63,552 bases of DNA, filler included, from Ministeria vibrans ATCC 50519 (GCA_943704425.1; 5 parts of 5 records of this genome joined end to end with filler, not necessarily neighbours in it), one strand, 5' to 3'. Shown: positions 45,261 through 59,369, counted from the first letter of the whole stretch. Notes: generated by a model not told the origin, from the sequence alone. Numbers and translations: made by a program.

Positions 45261-46683
45261 TTACGTGTTCGCGCTTACGTCATTGCTCTCCCTCTCAAAA
45301 TCCGCCGTTTCGTTTGGCGTATCAGCATAGTCTTCGCACCACTTCCACGGAAAGGGAAAATTCATCTTGTCGGTGAATAGAACTATGCCAACGATTAAGA
45401 GGAACAGCCCACACAGCTCGAGCGGCGAGTACTGGCCCCACTGTTCGCCTGTGTGACCGTGTGTCACACTGAATATGACAAGTTCGGATGCCCAGACAGT
45501 TATCATTCGCATGCTGCTCAGTGTTGCACGATGCACTATTTTGCAGAGTAGCTCCGTCAATCTTTTCCATTCGACACTTCCACGAAAAAAAGTCACTTAC
45601 CAGCGGTCATTTGCTCGCCAACTCGCTCCGAAAGATACGAATAAATAGCTAGACTGAGTGTGGCGCCAACGGACAAAAAGATCAAAGTGTGGTCGTTATT
45701 CATCATCAAAATGGAATCGTGCGAGTTTTCCCACACCTAAAAAAAAATAAAGATTCCAACAACACAAAAATAAAAGCAAACGAGCTCGAGTGAGTGAGTG
45801 CCGTAAACTCATTTTTCCCGCTTACTCCTCCCACGTCGCCAAAGGGAGCGCCCATTTTTACATGCTGAGCGACGACCATTAGTACGGTCATGATGAGCAG
45901 TCCAAAGATGCCCTCGTAGCCGTTGTTCTCGGCTGCCGTGAAGCCGTACTCTTTAATAAACTTCTCCTCCAGTACCGCCTGTAACGCTTGTACAACCTCC
46001 GCAACCAGAGTGAGACCTAGAAACACAATTGAACAACATCGGAATGGGGAAGAGTCCACTCTCTTCTTACACACTCCAAGAAGCGACGAGTGGATTTGTG
46101 CATGGCTTTCGCTCAAGACTGCAGTTAGACTGGCTACAACAACACCAAGGACGCAAACGACGACGGCCAGCCAGCGACGAGGACACATTCGCGAGATTTC
46201 CGGCTTGAGAAGGAGGCGTCGGAGAACAGCAGTCAACATAATGGAACTGGCGCGAATCATAAGCCAAATCGACACGGCCAGGAGTTGCAGACTCATCATC
46301 AAGAGAACGGTTGCCGTGACGTCCAAAACGGCCGGGATGATCAGAATGGCAACGCGAGAGGGACGACGACGCCACGCATTGCGTTCGTCCGGTTTGGGCG
46401 CAGTCGACTCCAGTTGCGCCTCCTGAATCAACAACGGCGTCTCTTCCTCCCTTCCCCGTTTACCAAAGCGCCAATCATAGAACACCAGCAGCATGGAGAG
46501 GCTCATGGCCAGGAAGCAGAGCCACGACTGATACAGCGGCTTGTTGAAGTGGTGCGGCTGAACACCTTGCAAGCCCATCGCCTCCTGTTGAAAGGCCGAC
46601 TTGAAACACACACTCGCAGCCGTGCCAAAGAGAAGCGTGACCACAGCCAACGTCAACTTCGCCACAGACGACCATTCTGCCAT
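45261..46683 (-). CDS. SLC35F6-like drug/metabolite (nucleotide-sugar type) transporter, multi-exon
   Basis: Multiple TM helices; motifs FNKPLYQSWLCFLAMSL, IPAVLDVTAT, SIWLMIRASSI, QAVLEEKF, GYEGIFG and HRATLSSMRMITVW. Confidence 0.75.
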
Positions 46684-46912
46684 TGGTGTTGAAGGAGCGT
46701 CTCGTAACAAGGAATAAAAGACTAATCTTAATAATTATATTACTTATGAATACAATGAATACAATACTTGCGCCGTGGATCATAATAATGTTTCTCATAG
46801 ATAACAATAATAAATTAATAATGAGTTTATCAACTACCATAGGATTAAACATGATAAGACAAAACAATTTATAATAATAATAATAATAATAATAATTGTT
46901 ATTTTCAATTTT

Positions 46913-48266
46913 TCATCTTTCCTTTTTATCCAGCGTTACAATTTCAACAAAATTTTGATTTGCCGGAGTAAGCACAGTTGATTCGTTGTAGCGCTGACAG
47001 GTCAGAGGCAGCGTCGAAATCAGCATGAGTGTAGTCTCGGAGACAACCTTTAAGCGAGAACGTGACAGAGCACCCGCCGCCTGAGGAGGGAAGAGCACGA
47101 CGCCATCGACGTCAAAGTACGAGTTGGACGCAATCGCCTCGGTAACATTCCAGCTTGGAGAGCACTGTCGCTCGCCCAAAATGAAAGTTTCACTGACCAA
47201 CGAAAAGCCCGGCCCTTTGTAGGTTGTTGCATCGTCCCCAATGTTGAGTGACACCAGCGAGCCCTCGGAGCTGATGCCTTCGAAAAAGCCTTTGATCAGA
47301 TGACACTTTCCGACCACAGGCGGATGGCTGGGGCACGGCGGGTCGCAAAAATGTCCCGAACTCCCCGTAGCGTAGCACGTCTCTCCATTGGAGCACGGAT
47401 TGGAGGCACACTCGTCGACAATCGACTCACATTGCGCGCCCGAATACGGTGATGGACAAATGCAGTGAAATAACTCGTTTGACACCTCGCGACAAGTGCC
47501 GCCATTGTGGCATATTGCGGAACACGGACCTGTGTACGTCTCGCAATCGGAACCAGTCGTGTCGGAGGGACACGTGCATGTGTATGACAGTGTACCGTCG
47601 TGGCAGGTCCCGCCATTTAGGCACGGCAACGACTCGCACGGCAACGTCGCGTCACACAGCGCCCCGGTAAATCCTGCGCTGCACAAGCACACAAAAGTAT
47701 CGTACATGCGCGAACACGTGCCAGAGTTCTGGCAGGGCGACGACACGCACACATCCTGCTCTGTCTCACAGAAGTCGCCCACAAAGCCGTTCGAACACAC
47801 ACAATTCAAGTGTCCATCGTCGCCAACACTGCATGTGCCAGCATTCTGACAGGGTGACGAGCTGCACACGCTACAACCGCACGTGCTTTCCAGCCGGGAG
47901 CGAAGCGCAGTGACTTGCGCGCGCAGGAGACTCGCCTACGAGACAAGGCCATCGTGAACACACACACATACACACAAGTTGGAAATGTACCGTGTCTGCC
48001 ATTGCCTTCAGAGCAGCCAAGTCTGCTTCGTCAATGGTAATGTTCCCTATCCGCACCGACGAAGGGCCCAGCGCCGCCGACGCGTCCCCCGTCTGTACGA
48101 CCACATCGCTTGCGTGGAAGACCAGAGAGGCGTCGTCCTTGGCAATGGACACTGCTCCTCCTGAGCCGCCGCCGCCGCCGCCGCCGCCGCCGCCTTCATC
48201 GACAACGCCCAATGAGCCCTGTATAAGAACTACGCAGAGGCCAAGCACAAGTACGCGTCGGCTCAT
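46913..48266 (-). CDS. Small secreted EGF-repeat protein
   Basis: Signal peptide MSRRVLVLGLCVVLIQGSLG and a Gly linker, then about 5 EGF repeats (ORF 46913-47869) and a non-repetitive tail. Intron boundaries are uncertain. Confidence 0.7.
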
Positions 48267-48389
48267 GAACAAAATAATTCTGTTAAAAGTAAATTATCTC
48301 GAACGTCTTTATGACACTTGTCAAGAATGAAGAACTGATCAAATAAATATCAATTATCGATTCATTTTTCTTACATTCTACACTGTATC

Positions 48390-50586
48390 ATGCGTCGATC
48401 GGGCCCGGCCACTTCGCGACCATGGTGGGCCTGCATGCCGCTGGGCGGTGCGTCGTGGACTCGCCTCGGAACGATGGCCTTCATTGCGCTGCTCCTCGCG
48501 TCCAACTTGCTGTTTCTCATGCATCTGCACCGCGAATCGTCGTCAGCTTCCCCCGACAGCCAACACATGGCCGCCGTCCGACGCCAAAACACACAGGCGC
48601 ACCCCCACGCAGCACTCGACGACGCTGACCATTCCGTCGCCGCTTTCGCAGAGTCGCCCTGCAGCGCCATCCCGCTTGCTTGCGCCGACAATGCCGTCGC
48701 CGTTGCCGTCTGGGCCTTCAATGGCACCGCACGCAAGCCTCGCGTGTGTCTCGGCGGTGTTGAGGTCCCTTTAGATGAGCGAACAGGCCGTGGGATGAAT
48801 GCCATCACTCTCTCCGAGGTTCGTCGCCCTTCACGCTTGCCCTTCGTTCTCATCTCTCTTGTGTGTCCAATGCAATGCAGGTCACGGGCGAAGTCATGTC
48901 GGTGCACCGGTTTGACACGTACCAAATGGCAGGCACGGGATTCCTGTCGTGGGCCGAGTCCATCAACGACGGGCGTGTCGTTGTGCTCGCCACACACGAC
49001 GATGCCTACTTCAAACTTGGCCCCGAGGGACGGCGCGCCGCCTTCCTGCTGGGCAGCTCGCGTATCGATGATCTCAACTTTCGAGGTATGTGGACAATGA
49101 TTGGCCAGAAGGGCATGTCGGTGAGTACGCTGTACGAGGAGGTGTCGCTTGGCCGTCACGACAACCCAGACGGTTCGCACAATTGGGGCGACACCGTCTC
49201 CACTGCCGCATGCGTTCCTCTCAACGCTGCGCGTCCCCTTGTCGTTGCTGACCGGGCGCGCCTCTGCCAACTGTACGAAGGCTACGGCTCCTTCTGTAGA
49301 CTTGCCCAGCGACACGCACTCGTCGTGCCGCCGCCGCAGCTGCCCGACGCCCTCGGTGAGCCGTCGCTCTCGCGTGCCACCGACTTTCCCATCGGTCTTA
49401 TTGCTGGCAACCGTCCCAACTACCTTCATCGCTGCCTCACAGCACTCTTGGCTTTGCCCGGTGTCAATCCTGCGCGAATTCTCGTCCTCGTCGACGGTCT
49501 CTTCCCCGAACCTTTTGAGGTGGCGCGTGCTTTTGGCGTGCGCGCCATCCGTCGTTTCAAGACTCACAGCACCTCGAACATGGCCGAAACGTTTCGCAAC
49601 GCCGACATGATTGCCTTGCACTACTACCAGTCGCTGTCGAAGCTCATGGACACGTTTCCCGACCACAACCATGCCATTGTGATTGAAGAGGATCTCGAAG
49701 TCGCCCCCGACCTACTGCGCTACTTTTCGCAAACTAGCCTGATCCTCGATAGCGACCCCACCCTCTTTTGCGTCAGTGCTTGGAATGACAATGCCTACGA
49801 GTACGCTGCTGGCGATCCCGCTCTCGTCTATCGCACCGGCTTCTTTCCGGGCCTTGGCTGGCTTCTCACCCGTTCCCTCTGGGCCGAAATTGAACCCAAG
49901 TGGCCACGATGCTGTCAGGGCTGGTCATGGGATTTATGGTTGCGTGACAAACGCAACACCGCCGATCGCGAATGCCTCATGCCCGATATGCCACGCACCT
50001 TCCACTTTGGCCGGCACGGCCTCAACGTCAACAACGACTATTTTTACAATGCGTACTTCAAGCGACACGCTCTTAACCGCGACGCACACGCCCGCCTCCA
50101 CGACCCCAGTCGCCTTCTCCTTGCGCCCTACGAAGAGGATGTTGAGGCGCTGCTGGCGCGCGCCGTCCTCCTCGACCACTCTCCTGCCCTCGTCTGTCGC
50201 GACCTCGACCACTGGGTGCCCGCCTCCGCCGTCCCTGCCCTTGCTTTCCACAGCTCCCCTCCTCCCCTCGCCACCCGCCCTGTCTACGTCGCTTATTATG
50301 CACAGTCCACCCCTAGCGATGAAAAGCCTCTGATCAAACTTCTTGCTTGTCTTCGCGTACGTAGAGTCATTTTTTGTTTCAGAAACTAACTCTAACACTC
50401 TTTCTCTTTCTCTCGTAGCTGTGGGATTTGGGCGCTCGTGGACTTCACATGGGACTCATTCGACTCCACGTCAACGGCGCGTCGGTGCTGCTGGTCGGTG
50501 CCAAGTCGACCTACGCCCAGAAACACATGCCCGCCAACTGCACGCCCGTCGACGTCTCCCGCACGCTTCCTCCTCAACGCGTTTAA
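48390..50586 (+). CDS. POMGNT1: POMGNT1-like GT13 GlcNAc transferase (TM anchor + ILEI/PANDER-like stem + GT-A domain)
   Basis: TM FIALLLASNLLFL. Stem RGMNAITLSE|VTGEVMSVHRFDTY...GRVVVLATHDDA...LGSSRIDDLNFRGMW. Catalytic IAGNRPNYLHRCL, IEEDLEVAPD, CVSAWNDN, FPGLGWLL, WDLWLR, RECLMPDMPRTFHFG and the tail WDLGARGLH. Confidence 0.8.
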
Positions 50587-50749
50587 GAAAAGGAAATATT
50601 ATCGGACGCATGTCTTAAGAGCCGATGTGTGCTCTGTCACGGCGTGCCTTGCACTTATATTCATGATTAATTCTGATATTGTATGAAGATGATTATATTA
50701 TTATGTACAACTGTAGAAAAGTACAAGTGTCTCGTGGCCGCGTTTTCTT

Positions 50750-53700
50750 CTACTCCTCGGCAAAGGACTTTGAAATCTTTTCAAAAAAATCATCGCTCTT
50801 AAAGAGCGAAAATGACGAGACTCGATCGGATTCACTCATGAGCGCACCAACCCCTGCTGCATGCGGACGTCGTGCCTGTGATGCGGGACTCTGCACAGGA
50901 GTGGAACCAGGCTCGGGCGACAGCAGATCCAGGCCAGGCGGAGGTGACATGGGCGGGCTGCCGCCACTTAGACGACCCAACTTTTTGTGTGTGCGCGGAG
51001 ATGCCAGGGGAGATGCCGCTGACTTGCTGGCAGCGGTAGGTGGTGCTCTCGCCATTGCTGGTGACGGTGTTGCTGTTGTTGTTGCTGCTGCTGTCGTCGT
51101 CGTGGTGACGGCACTCGATGGACCTGATGGCGGCGCTGCGCCTGCAAGATCCTCATCGTCGGTAGTGGCCACTTCCACCTCCTCGAGGCTCTTGCCAAAG
51201 GCGTCCTTAAACGCATCGTCAAACAGCGTCATGTCAGTCGCGTCGGGCGTCGCTTCATCATCATCAGCGGTCATCGAGTCAACACTGATCGAAGAAGATT
51301 CATTGCGTTGCAAACGCGGCGACGCCATAGTCACAGCCACGGCCGCATCATTGCTCACACTCGACGAGCTTACAGCACTCGACGTGCTCATCCCACGCGT
51401 CTTCACTTTCACAATCTGGTTGTCTGCCTCCGGGTCCATCTGTGGGTCGGGCACAAACTCCGTCTCGGCAAGCCAAGCGTGCTTCAGCATGTCCACCACA
51501 GGAATGCGCCGTGCACTGTTTGCCGACAGGGCCTTTTTAATCAGCTCTGCAAAAAAAAAAAAAAAAAAAAAAAAAAAATCGCGTTTGTGCACGAGCTATC
51601 GGGTTCTGTAAAATGACAATAATAGGGTACCAAGACAAGGCGGATTGATGTGAGAGGGAAAAAAGATGGCAGCATAACCACGCACGAGAGAGCTTAGCAG
51701 GCGATGGGTCGACAGTTCACCGCCCCCACCACTACACAAACATGAGTGATGAGTGCGGAAAAAGAGACAGGATGAATATACGGTCGTACGAGAAAGGAAG
51801 ATAGCCCACGACCATCGCATAGAGAATAACACCAAGGCTCCATGCGTCAACAAGAACACCGCTGTACTCCTTTTGCCTACATCAAACACACAATGAATAC
51901 AAAGTGGGCATTTGACAGCACACACACGAGAGGTGTCCGTACATGGCCATCTCGGGTGACGCATATTCGTAGGTGCCACAATGGGTTTTCATAAGCAAAT
52001 TGGGCCCAAAAAAGCCACCCAGACCAAAATCAATCAGTTTGATCCGTTGCCCGCCGTCACACACCTGAACACACCACAATTTAGTACATCACGCCACAAT
52101 GATCAAAACCCCATATTGTATGCATACCATCACATTCTCCATTTTGAGATCACGATGCGCGATGCCTTGCTTGTGGCAGTAAGCGACAGCATCGACCAGC
52201 TAGATTTGATCGTATGTAAAACATGTGCGAGAGCAAAAAAAAGAGTCAAACAGAGGTCAAGAGAGAGAAATGAAGGAGAAGAAAAAGGACAAGAAAAAAG
52301 GAGAAGAAAAAAAAGAAGAAAAAGGAGAAAAAAAAGGAGAAGAAAAAAGAAGAAGAAAAAGGAGAAAAAAAAGGAGAAGAAAAAAGAAGAAGAAAAAGAG
52401 AAGAAAAAAGGAGAAGAAAAAAAGAGAAGAAAAAAGGAGAAAAAAAAGGAGAAGAAGAAAAACACAGTGGTGGAGAGAGTGAAAGAGAAGAGAGAAATGA
52501 CAAACAAAGTACAAAGTGATGGAAGAAGTAGAGTCGGAAAGTTGGCAAAATGCACGTACCATGTAGAAAAGTTGGTGAGCAACAGACTCGACAAGACGCT
52601 TTCCAGGAAGCTCCTACAACAGCAAACTCAGTAAGGAAGGACATATGGGCGCGTGAATGTGGCACAAGGTCCGAACCTGCATGTAGTCGTCAAGGGGGAC
52701 GCCCGAGACGTACTCCATAATAAGACAGATGTGCGCGGCCGTGTAGATGTTGTCGCGCAACTGCACAATGTTCTCGTGCTCCAGTAGCTCCATTATTTTG
52801 ATCTAGACGAACCAATACCCATATTTCAACACTCGCCATTCGCTGATCGCGTTCGGTTACCTCGCGTTGAACACGCTCGAGCAGATCATCATCAAGAGCC
52901 GCGCGTGATATCACCTACAGCGCACGAGAAAACGGCATGACTACCCAGTGTACCCGCGTATGCATCCACCTACCTTAACGGCAACAGTCTCATTGTGGCG
53001 CAAATCCTCACCCAAACGCACCACGCTGAAGCCACCCTCGCCTAACAGGCGTCCTCCGTGGGTGTAGCGTCGACCCAGCTGTGCCGGCAGCGCCAAAGCG
53101 GGCGAAAGGACCATCACCGACGCAAGGTTCTGGCGCCACTCTTCAATCTCAGCAGCATCTGGCGCAATGCAGTACCATGTGCGAAGTCGTGTCACGAGCG
53201 CAAAGCAGTTGTCTCTGTTGAACTTGCTCTTGGGAATCTGTTGGAACTTGGTGACGTCCGCAACCGCAAAAGCGCCCTTGAGCGTTGACTTGTCAATGTC
53301 CGAATAGTACTGGAATACTGTCTTGGTCAACACACAATAACGCCGCTTCCAGTTCTTCACGTGTTTTCCTACGCGCCAAATAATAATAATTATTATAACA
53401 AACAGAAGAAAAAAAAACAGTGCGACGCGTTGAGCAACTGATCACATCAAAAACAGTGCTCACGGACCTCTCTTCTCGAGCCACCCTTGGTAAAGAATGT
53501 CCTTGTCATCAACCTGCGACGATATCGGCGAGTCTTTCTTCCTAGAGCTCTGTCAACGAAGGAGCAACTGCATGTTAAGCGGTGGAGAGAAAGATGAAAA
53601 CACAAGATGCTTACCTTTTCTTTCTTGGCCGAGTCTGACGTCTTGCTGCTTCCAATGCCCGAGCCAATGCGCTTTCGTGCCGATGGAGGAGTGGTTGAGC

Positions 53701-54598
53701 CAGGAATGGGCGAAATGGAGGAGTCGGTGCGCGACGAGCGTTTCTCCTTGGTGGAGCGACGCGACCGAGGAGAGCGAAGACGCAGAAAGGATGTCGGTGA
53801 TGATGGCTGACTCGTCTCGGCCAGGTCCACCGCCGAAAACGTGTCTGACGACGATGCGATCGCGGCAGGCACGGAGGAAAGGGACTGGGAGAGAGCACGT
53901 CTGTCGGGAGCCTCTTGCACTGCGTTCGCCGAGAGGGCCGTCGACGACGAGGCGCGATGGCTGCGGCTTTGCTTGAGGTCTTGCAGGGTGTCCTCGCCAT
54001 CGCTGACAGATCGCTTCGCCGCCAGGTGCGCGTGCGTCTTCTCAGACGACCCATCGGCGCTGCTGAGGGTGAGGTTGTGGACAGACGCGGCCGCCGGGCG
54101 CTCTTGTGTCAGCGTAACATTCTGGTCGGCGTCACTCTCGGCTCCCTCTGAGTCCTGGGACGCGTCCAGGCCGATGGCGCTCATGCTGATCAGACCCCAC
54201 TCACTGGTCGCAACGACAGGCACCGGGTCGCTACGACGCACGGCTGCGGCGGAGGGCACGGCAGTCGCAGGCGCAATCCGCTTGGCGGTTTCCCCATCGG
54301 CCCTTTTCGAGTCGCAACGACCGTTCGCCTCCGCATCCACGCCCTGCTCCCCATCGGCCGTCGATTCGGGGCGGACCGGGCAGAAGGGCGACGGGGGGGG
54401 CGTGGACGTCGACAGGGGAGCCGCAGAAGGGTCCTGAGCGAAAACACTTCAGCCTCTTTTTTTTTTTTTGTCTCTCTTGACGTATTTGGTCAGATGTGGG
54501 AAAACAAGACACACCTTCGGAATCGGAGACGAGGGCTGCGACGAAAAGCCCAGCTCACGAGCGATCTCATCGGCAAGCGAGAGTGAGAAATCGTCCAT
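50750..54598 (-). CDS. PH-domain Ser/Thr protein kinase (CAMK-group-like), multi-exon, with Ser-rich termini
   Basis: PH motif KNWKRRYCVL...EIEEWRQNL. Kinase motifs LGEGGFSVV, VAVK, HRDLKMEN, KLIDFGLG and THCGTYEYASPE. The start is approximate. Confidence 0.85.
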
Positions 54599-54925
54599 CG
54601 CCAAACGAAAAGAAAGTGAAAGATGTCACAAAATAATAATCAATTCAGAGTGAGTAGTGACTGACTGTCTACTTCGCAGAGACGATCGAAGTACAATCGC
54701 TCCGGGCGCCTGCTTTGCTTTGAACTACTCGCATGCCACAGCCGCCTTACCCCGCCCGCTGGGAGTGCGCATCTGTAGGTCGATGCGCTCTCTCTTGATC
54801 GGGTGAGTCGATAGCGGACATTATGCATTTCTGCAATCTTCATTAACTGTTCAAAACATATTAATAATTTCACAATGATTTTCATTCACGATTGACAAGT
54901 TACAAGACACAACTACAAGATACAA

Positions 54926-56123
54926 CTATACAAACGTCGAGGATGCAAGATTCTCCATCAGCAATGTCGACGGAGCGCTCTCTTCTTTGACTCCGAAAGG
55001 ATGCTCTGCAGCACTCTCCTCTCCCGGCTGATGCGCAACCACGTCCTGCCATAAGAAGTGATGTGGGATCGAGGGCACATGGGCACGACTCTTGACGACG
55101 TACGTCCGAGTGCTTGCCGAGAAGAAATCTCCGTCTTCGCTATCAAGAATAACAGTCGCACGAGAAGCAGGACGCGCTTGTGTCTCGTCTGTTGGCCCGA
55201 CACGACGAGTCTGTCTCTTTGATCGAAGAACCAAGAACAGCAAAAGAAGCAGCAACAAGAACAATCCACCGACAACAGTCACAACAATGGCGATGACACG
55301 CACGCCAGAGCTGTCCTGTGGAGCACCGGTCTCGCCTGAGTTTGAGCCCGTGACACATGATAGTTCCCACGATACTGAAAAGGGTGGAACAGAGAGACCG
55401 AGCGAATCCTGAGCAAAGCCTGGCAACGATATCACCGACACGTTGCCACAACGCACCGGCACGAGCTCAAGAACCCACACACAAGAATTATTCATCGAGC
55501 AATTCGACACATTAATAATTGCCAGAACCGCATTGTCGACTTCGAGTAAGGAGAGGTTACGAAGCGTGACAGACTGTGACCACAATAACTTGAAAGTAAC
55601 ACGGGTATTCGACGATTCGTTGAATTGGACCTCGGCGAATGCAGTGGAAAAAAAAACAGAAACATCACAACGAGCGCCAGAGAAACCTTGACTACAGAGG
55701 CACTGAAACGTTGAAAAACCTTGAACACACGTTGCACCATTCAAACATGGACCTGAGGCACACTCGTCGACGTCTGTCTCGCACAGCACGCCGGTGTAGC
55801 CAGATGCACATTGACACACATACCCGTCGATCGTGTCGACACAGCTGGCGCCGTTGCTGCACGGACTCGACCCGCACTCGTCCGTGTCCGTCTCACAGTG
55901 CACGCCGTGCCATCCAGACGCACACTCGCACGTGTAGCCGTCCACTGCGTCAACACACGTTGCACCATTCAAACATGGACTTGAGGCACACTCGTCGACG
56001 TCTGTCTCGCACAACACGCCGGTGTAGCCAGATGCACATTGACACACATACCCGTCGATCGTGTCGACACAGCTGGCGCCGTTGCTGCACGGACTCGACC
56101 CGCACTCGTCCGTGTCCGTCTCA
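54926..56123 (-). CDS. 3' part of a single-pass membrane protein with Ca-binding EGF repeats
   Basis: EGF repeats, a ~110-aa beta-rich spacer, TM VIAIVVTVVGGLFLLLLLLLFLVL followed by RSKRQTRR, and a cytoplasmic tail ending STFV. The 5' end is in the gap. Confidence 0.85.
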
Positions 56124-56223
56124 NNNNNNNNNNNNNNNNNNNNNNNNNNNNNNNNNNNNNNNNNNNNTTAATTAATTAANNNNNNNNNNNNNNNNNNNNN
56201 NNNNNNNNNNNNNNNNNNNNNNN
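56124..56223. other. Artificial scaffold linker
   Basis: N-run-TTAATTAATTAA-N-run. Confidence 0.95.
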
Positions 56224-56331
<108 letters not shown>

Positions 56332-56356
56332 TCGAAGAAGAATATTATTATTATCA

Positions 56357-58121
56357 TTAATATTGTGGGTGTCCATGCAAATGATAGAACAAATTGAGAT
56401 TTGAGCAACACGCGGCTTTGTTTTGGCTGTTGTTGTTATGAACCTTGGTAGCAATCTGTTCAATATGGGCATCGCGGAAGAGGACAACGTCGGTGCTCTC
56501 GGGACCAGGCACAGAGAAGCGCGTCGGAAGCAATGCGACGTTGATGGGTTGTTGCTGTTGTTGTTGTTGTTGCTGCTGCTGCGGCTGCTGCGGCTGTTTC
56601 TGCTTCTTTTGAGCCTGAGTCTGCTTGGGGGCCATGAGGCTGGGTGTTTTGAGGAAGTGGTTGACGGCACGCCGGAGCGAGGCGACCATATCTTCGCGAA
56701 GCAGTCGGAACTGCGTGTCAAGAAGACGGTCGACGGGATTGGCGACAAAGCGTTGGTTCTCGGCAATGGCCCATGCCTCGCGGTCAAGGCAGTGAACAGG
56801 CAAGAACGGGGGGTGAGTGCAGCGGATCTCGGCGTCGGTGGGCAGAACCGAAATGGCGCGAAAATCGACGAAATCGTTGTCATGGCGAGGACCATCAGGG
56901 CGAATCTCACCGGGTCCAGGCTCCTGCTCAAGTGGAATCGACACGCCCATCTGCAAGGCATACGCTAGACGTTCGTCCTCGCGGTCCTGCGACGTCGCCT
57001 TGGCTCGTGCCGCGAACTCGTCGCCCTTGCGCACACCCTCAACTACGCGAACGAGTCGCTGCGCCTCTCTCTCGAGAAAGCGCAATTCCTGCTGCGACGT
57101 TGGATCGGCCAGTTGCACAAGGGACGATAGTTTGATTTGCTCAACAAGTGAACAGAGCCGCTGGGCGATCGTCCCAGTCGACAATTGAACCTGCGACGTC
57201 GTCGTCAAACAGTAAGATGCGATAGTCAGCAACGATCACAATAATTATTATAAAGTACCTTCACATCGGCCTGCAGGGACATTAAGGCGTTGAAGGACGT
57301 CAGGACAGGAATCGCAAGCTCCGTGATGCTCTTGGGCACGTACAGGACGGCCTCTGCCTCGGGGTGGCGGTACTGCGGGTCAGCAATGGAATTTCCCGCG
57401 ACCATGCGCTCCAAACACTCAATGGCACACTCAAAAAGCGGAAAGTCGTCAAGTCCCGCACAACTATCCACCAGAACAGTGCGAACGATCTTGATGGCGT
57501 CCGAGCGATTGTGCGCGCTGTAGACGTCGCGTCGCGCCAACAGTTGGAAGATCAGCGACCCGACATACTGGTACGAGTAGTGCGTCTTTTTATCGCCCGC
57601 ATCGGGTTGAAAGTGGCACCGAGCAATCTGCGTGAGAACTGTCACGCCGTCTGCAGAAGTTTCAGAAAAAAAGAAGAAAGAAAATAATAATAATAATTAT
57701 TAATAAATAAGCGAACGAAAAAACTTTTTTGCTCCTCGGAATCCATACAAGCAGGGTCACGACCGATAGTCTCGCAGAGTGTTTGCAGAGGCCGTTCGTC
57801 GTGGAGTGCGGCAAGGAGGAACCTTCGCGCTTCGTGTTGGTGTGGTGGTGTCTCAAAATCGCGATTTTTTTCGCTTCGGCGGTGCAAAAAACGGAGTTGA
57901 GCAGACAATGGGACGAGATCTGTCGCTTCTCGCGTGACATTCGTTGCGGGCGAGCCATTGTCGCGCCTCACATGGTGTCCACGACCAGCCCCGCCCCGCC
58001 CTGCGGCTGCGTGTCCGCCGCGGGAGGGAGACCCAGAAGTGTTTCCGCCTTGACCCGCCGAGGCGCTTCCGCCGCGCGCCCCCTGATGTCCACCTCGCTG
58101 TGTGTTGCGTAAATGATCCAT
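56357..58121 (-). CDS. ZNFX1-like (NFX1-type zinc-finger SF1 helicase family) N-terminal fragment
   Basis: The motifs GPRHDNDFVDFRAISVLPTDAEI...PFLP and LLDTQFRLLREDMVASLR are characteristic of the ZNFX1 pre-helicase region. RGG-rich N-terminus. The helicase core is not visible (truncated). Confidence 0.7.
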
Positions 58122-58300
58122 TGCTTTAATGCTTTTGGTTTTTTTTAAGTTAAAGTTGAGTGTGAAAATAAAAATGAAGAAGAAAATAGAAAGAAGAATA
58201 ACAAAATAATCAGAGAATACAACCCATTTAAAAATTAAAAAAAGAATACAACCCATTTATTAATGATACAAAGACACAGCCAGACCGCCTTGCAAACTCT

Positions 58301-58400
58301 NNNNNNNNNNNNNNNNNNNNNNNNNNNNNNNNNNNNNNNNNNNNTTAATTAATTAANNNNNNNNNNNNNNNNNNNNNNNNNNNNNNNNNNNNNNNNNNNN
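58301..58400. other. Artificial scaffold linker
   Basis: N44-TTAATTAATTAA-N44. Confidence 0.95.
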
Positions 58401-58422
58401 GGCTGAGGTACACCAAACCTGC

Positions 58423-58470
<48 letters not shown>

Positions 58471-59089
58471 TGTGTGTGTATGTGTGTTTGACTGGCTCGC
58501 ATAGCGCATCACTTTCAGTGTTCATTCTCATTTTTTCATTTGTGTCGGAATCTTATTGCCATTTGTCTCTGAATTCTCACTTCTGATTGTCATTTGTCAC
58601 TCAATTCTCACTCACTTCGAAATAACTTTTTATTGAGTTTGCACAATAATTTCACTTCGCTAAAACTGAACATCACTCACATTTTTCTAGACTCTGGTGG
58701 CTCGTCTGCGCACGGAAAAGAGTCGCATTAGCGGATTCATTCTATGCGGCAAACTCTAAGCAGCGTATCTAATTGCAGTGCGAGCGCAACACAGGTGAGA
58801 TCATGCGCATTCGCAATACGGCTGCCAAGCTAGAGCAGAAGATGGTGTTAAATTTGTGAAACAAGTTCCTCAAGAAATAAGCAAAAGAATAAAAACAATA
58901 ATAATAATTATTATTATTATTATTATTATTTTTACCTTTATCAAATTCTATGAGTTAAATGAGAAGTTACAATGAGTAATGTAGTTTATCTATTAGTGAG
59001 ATGGGAAAGTTTGTACCAAGAGAGAATTGCACTCACTCTTTATTCAGATGGATTGTTTGTGTCAAATACCTCAACAATAACGAAAACTT

Positions 59090-59148
<59 letters not shown>

Positions 59149-59278
59149 NNNNNNNNNNNNNNNNNNNNNNNNNNNNNNNNNNNNNNNNNNNNNNNNNNNN
59201 NNNNNNNNNNNNNNNNNNNNNNNNNNNNNNNNNNNNNNNNNNNNNNNNNNNNNNNNNNNNNNNNNNTTCTCTCTCTCA

Positions 59279-59369
<91 letters not shown>

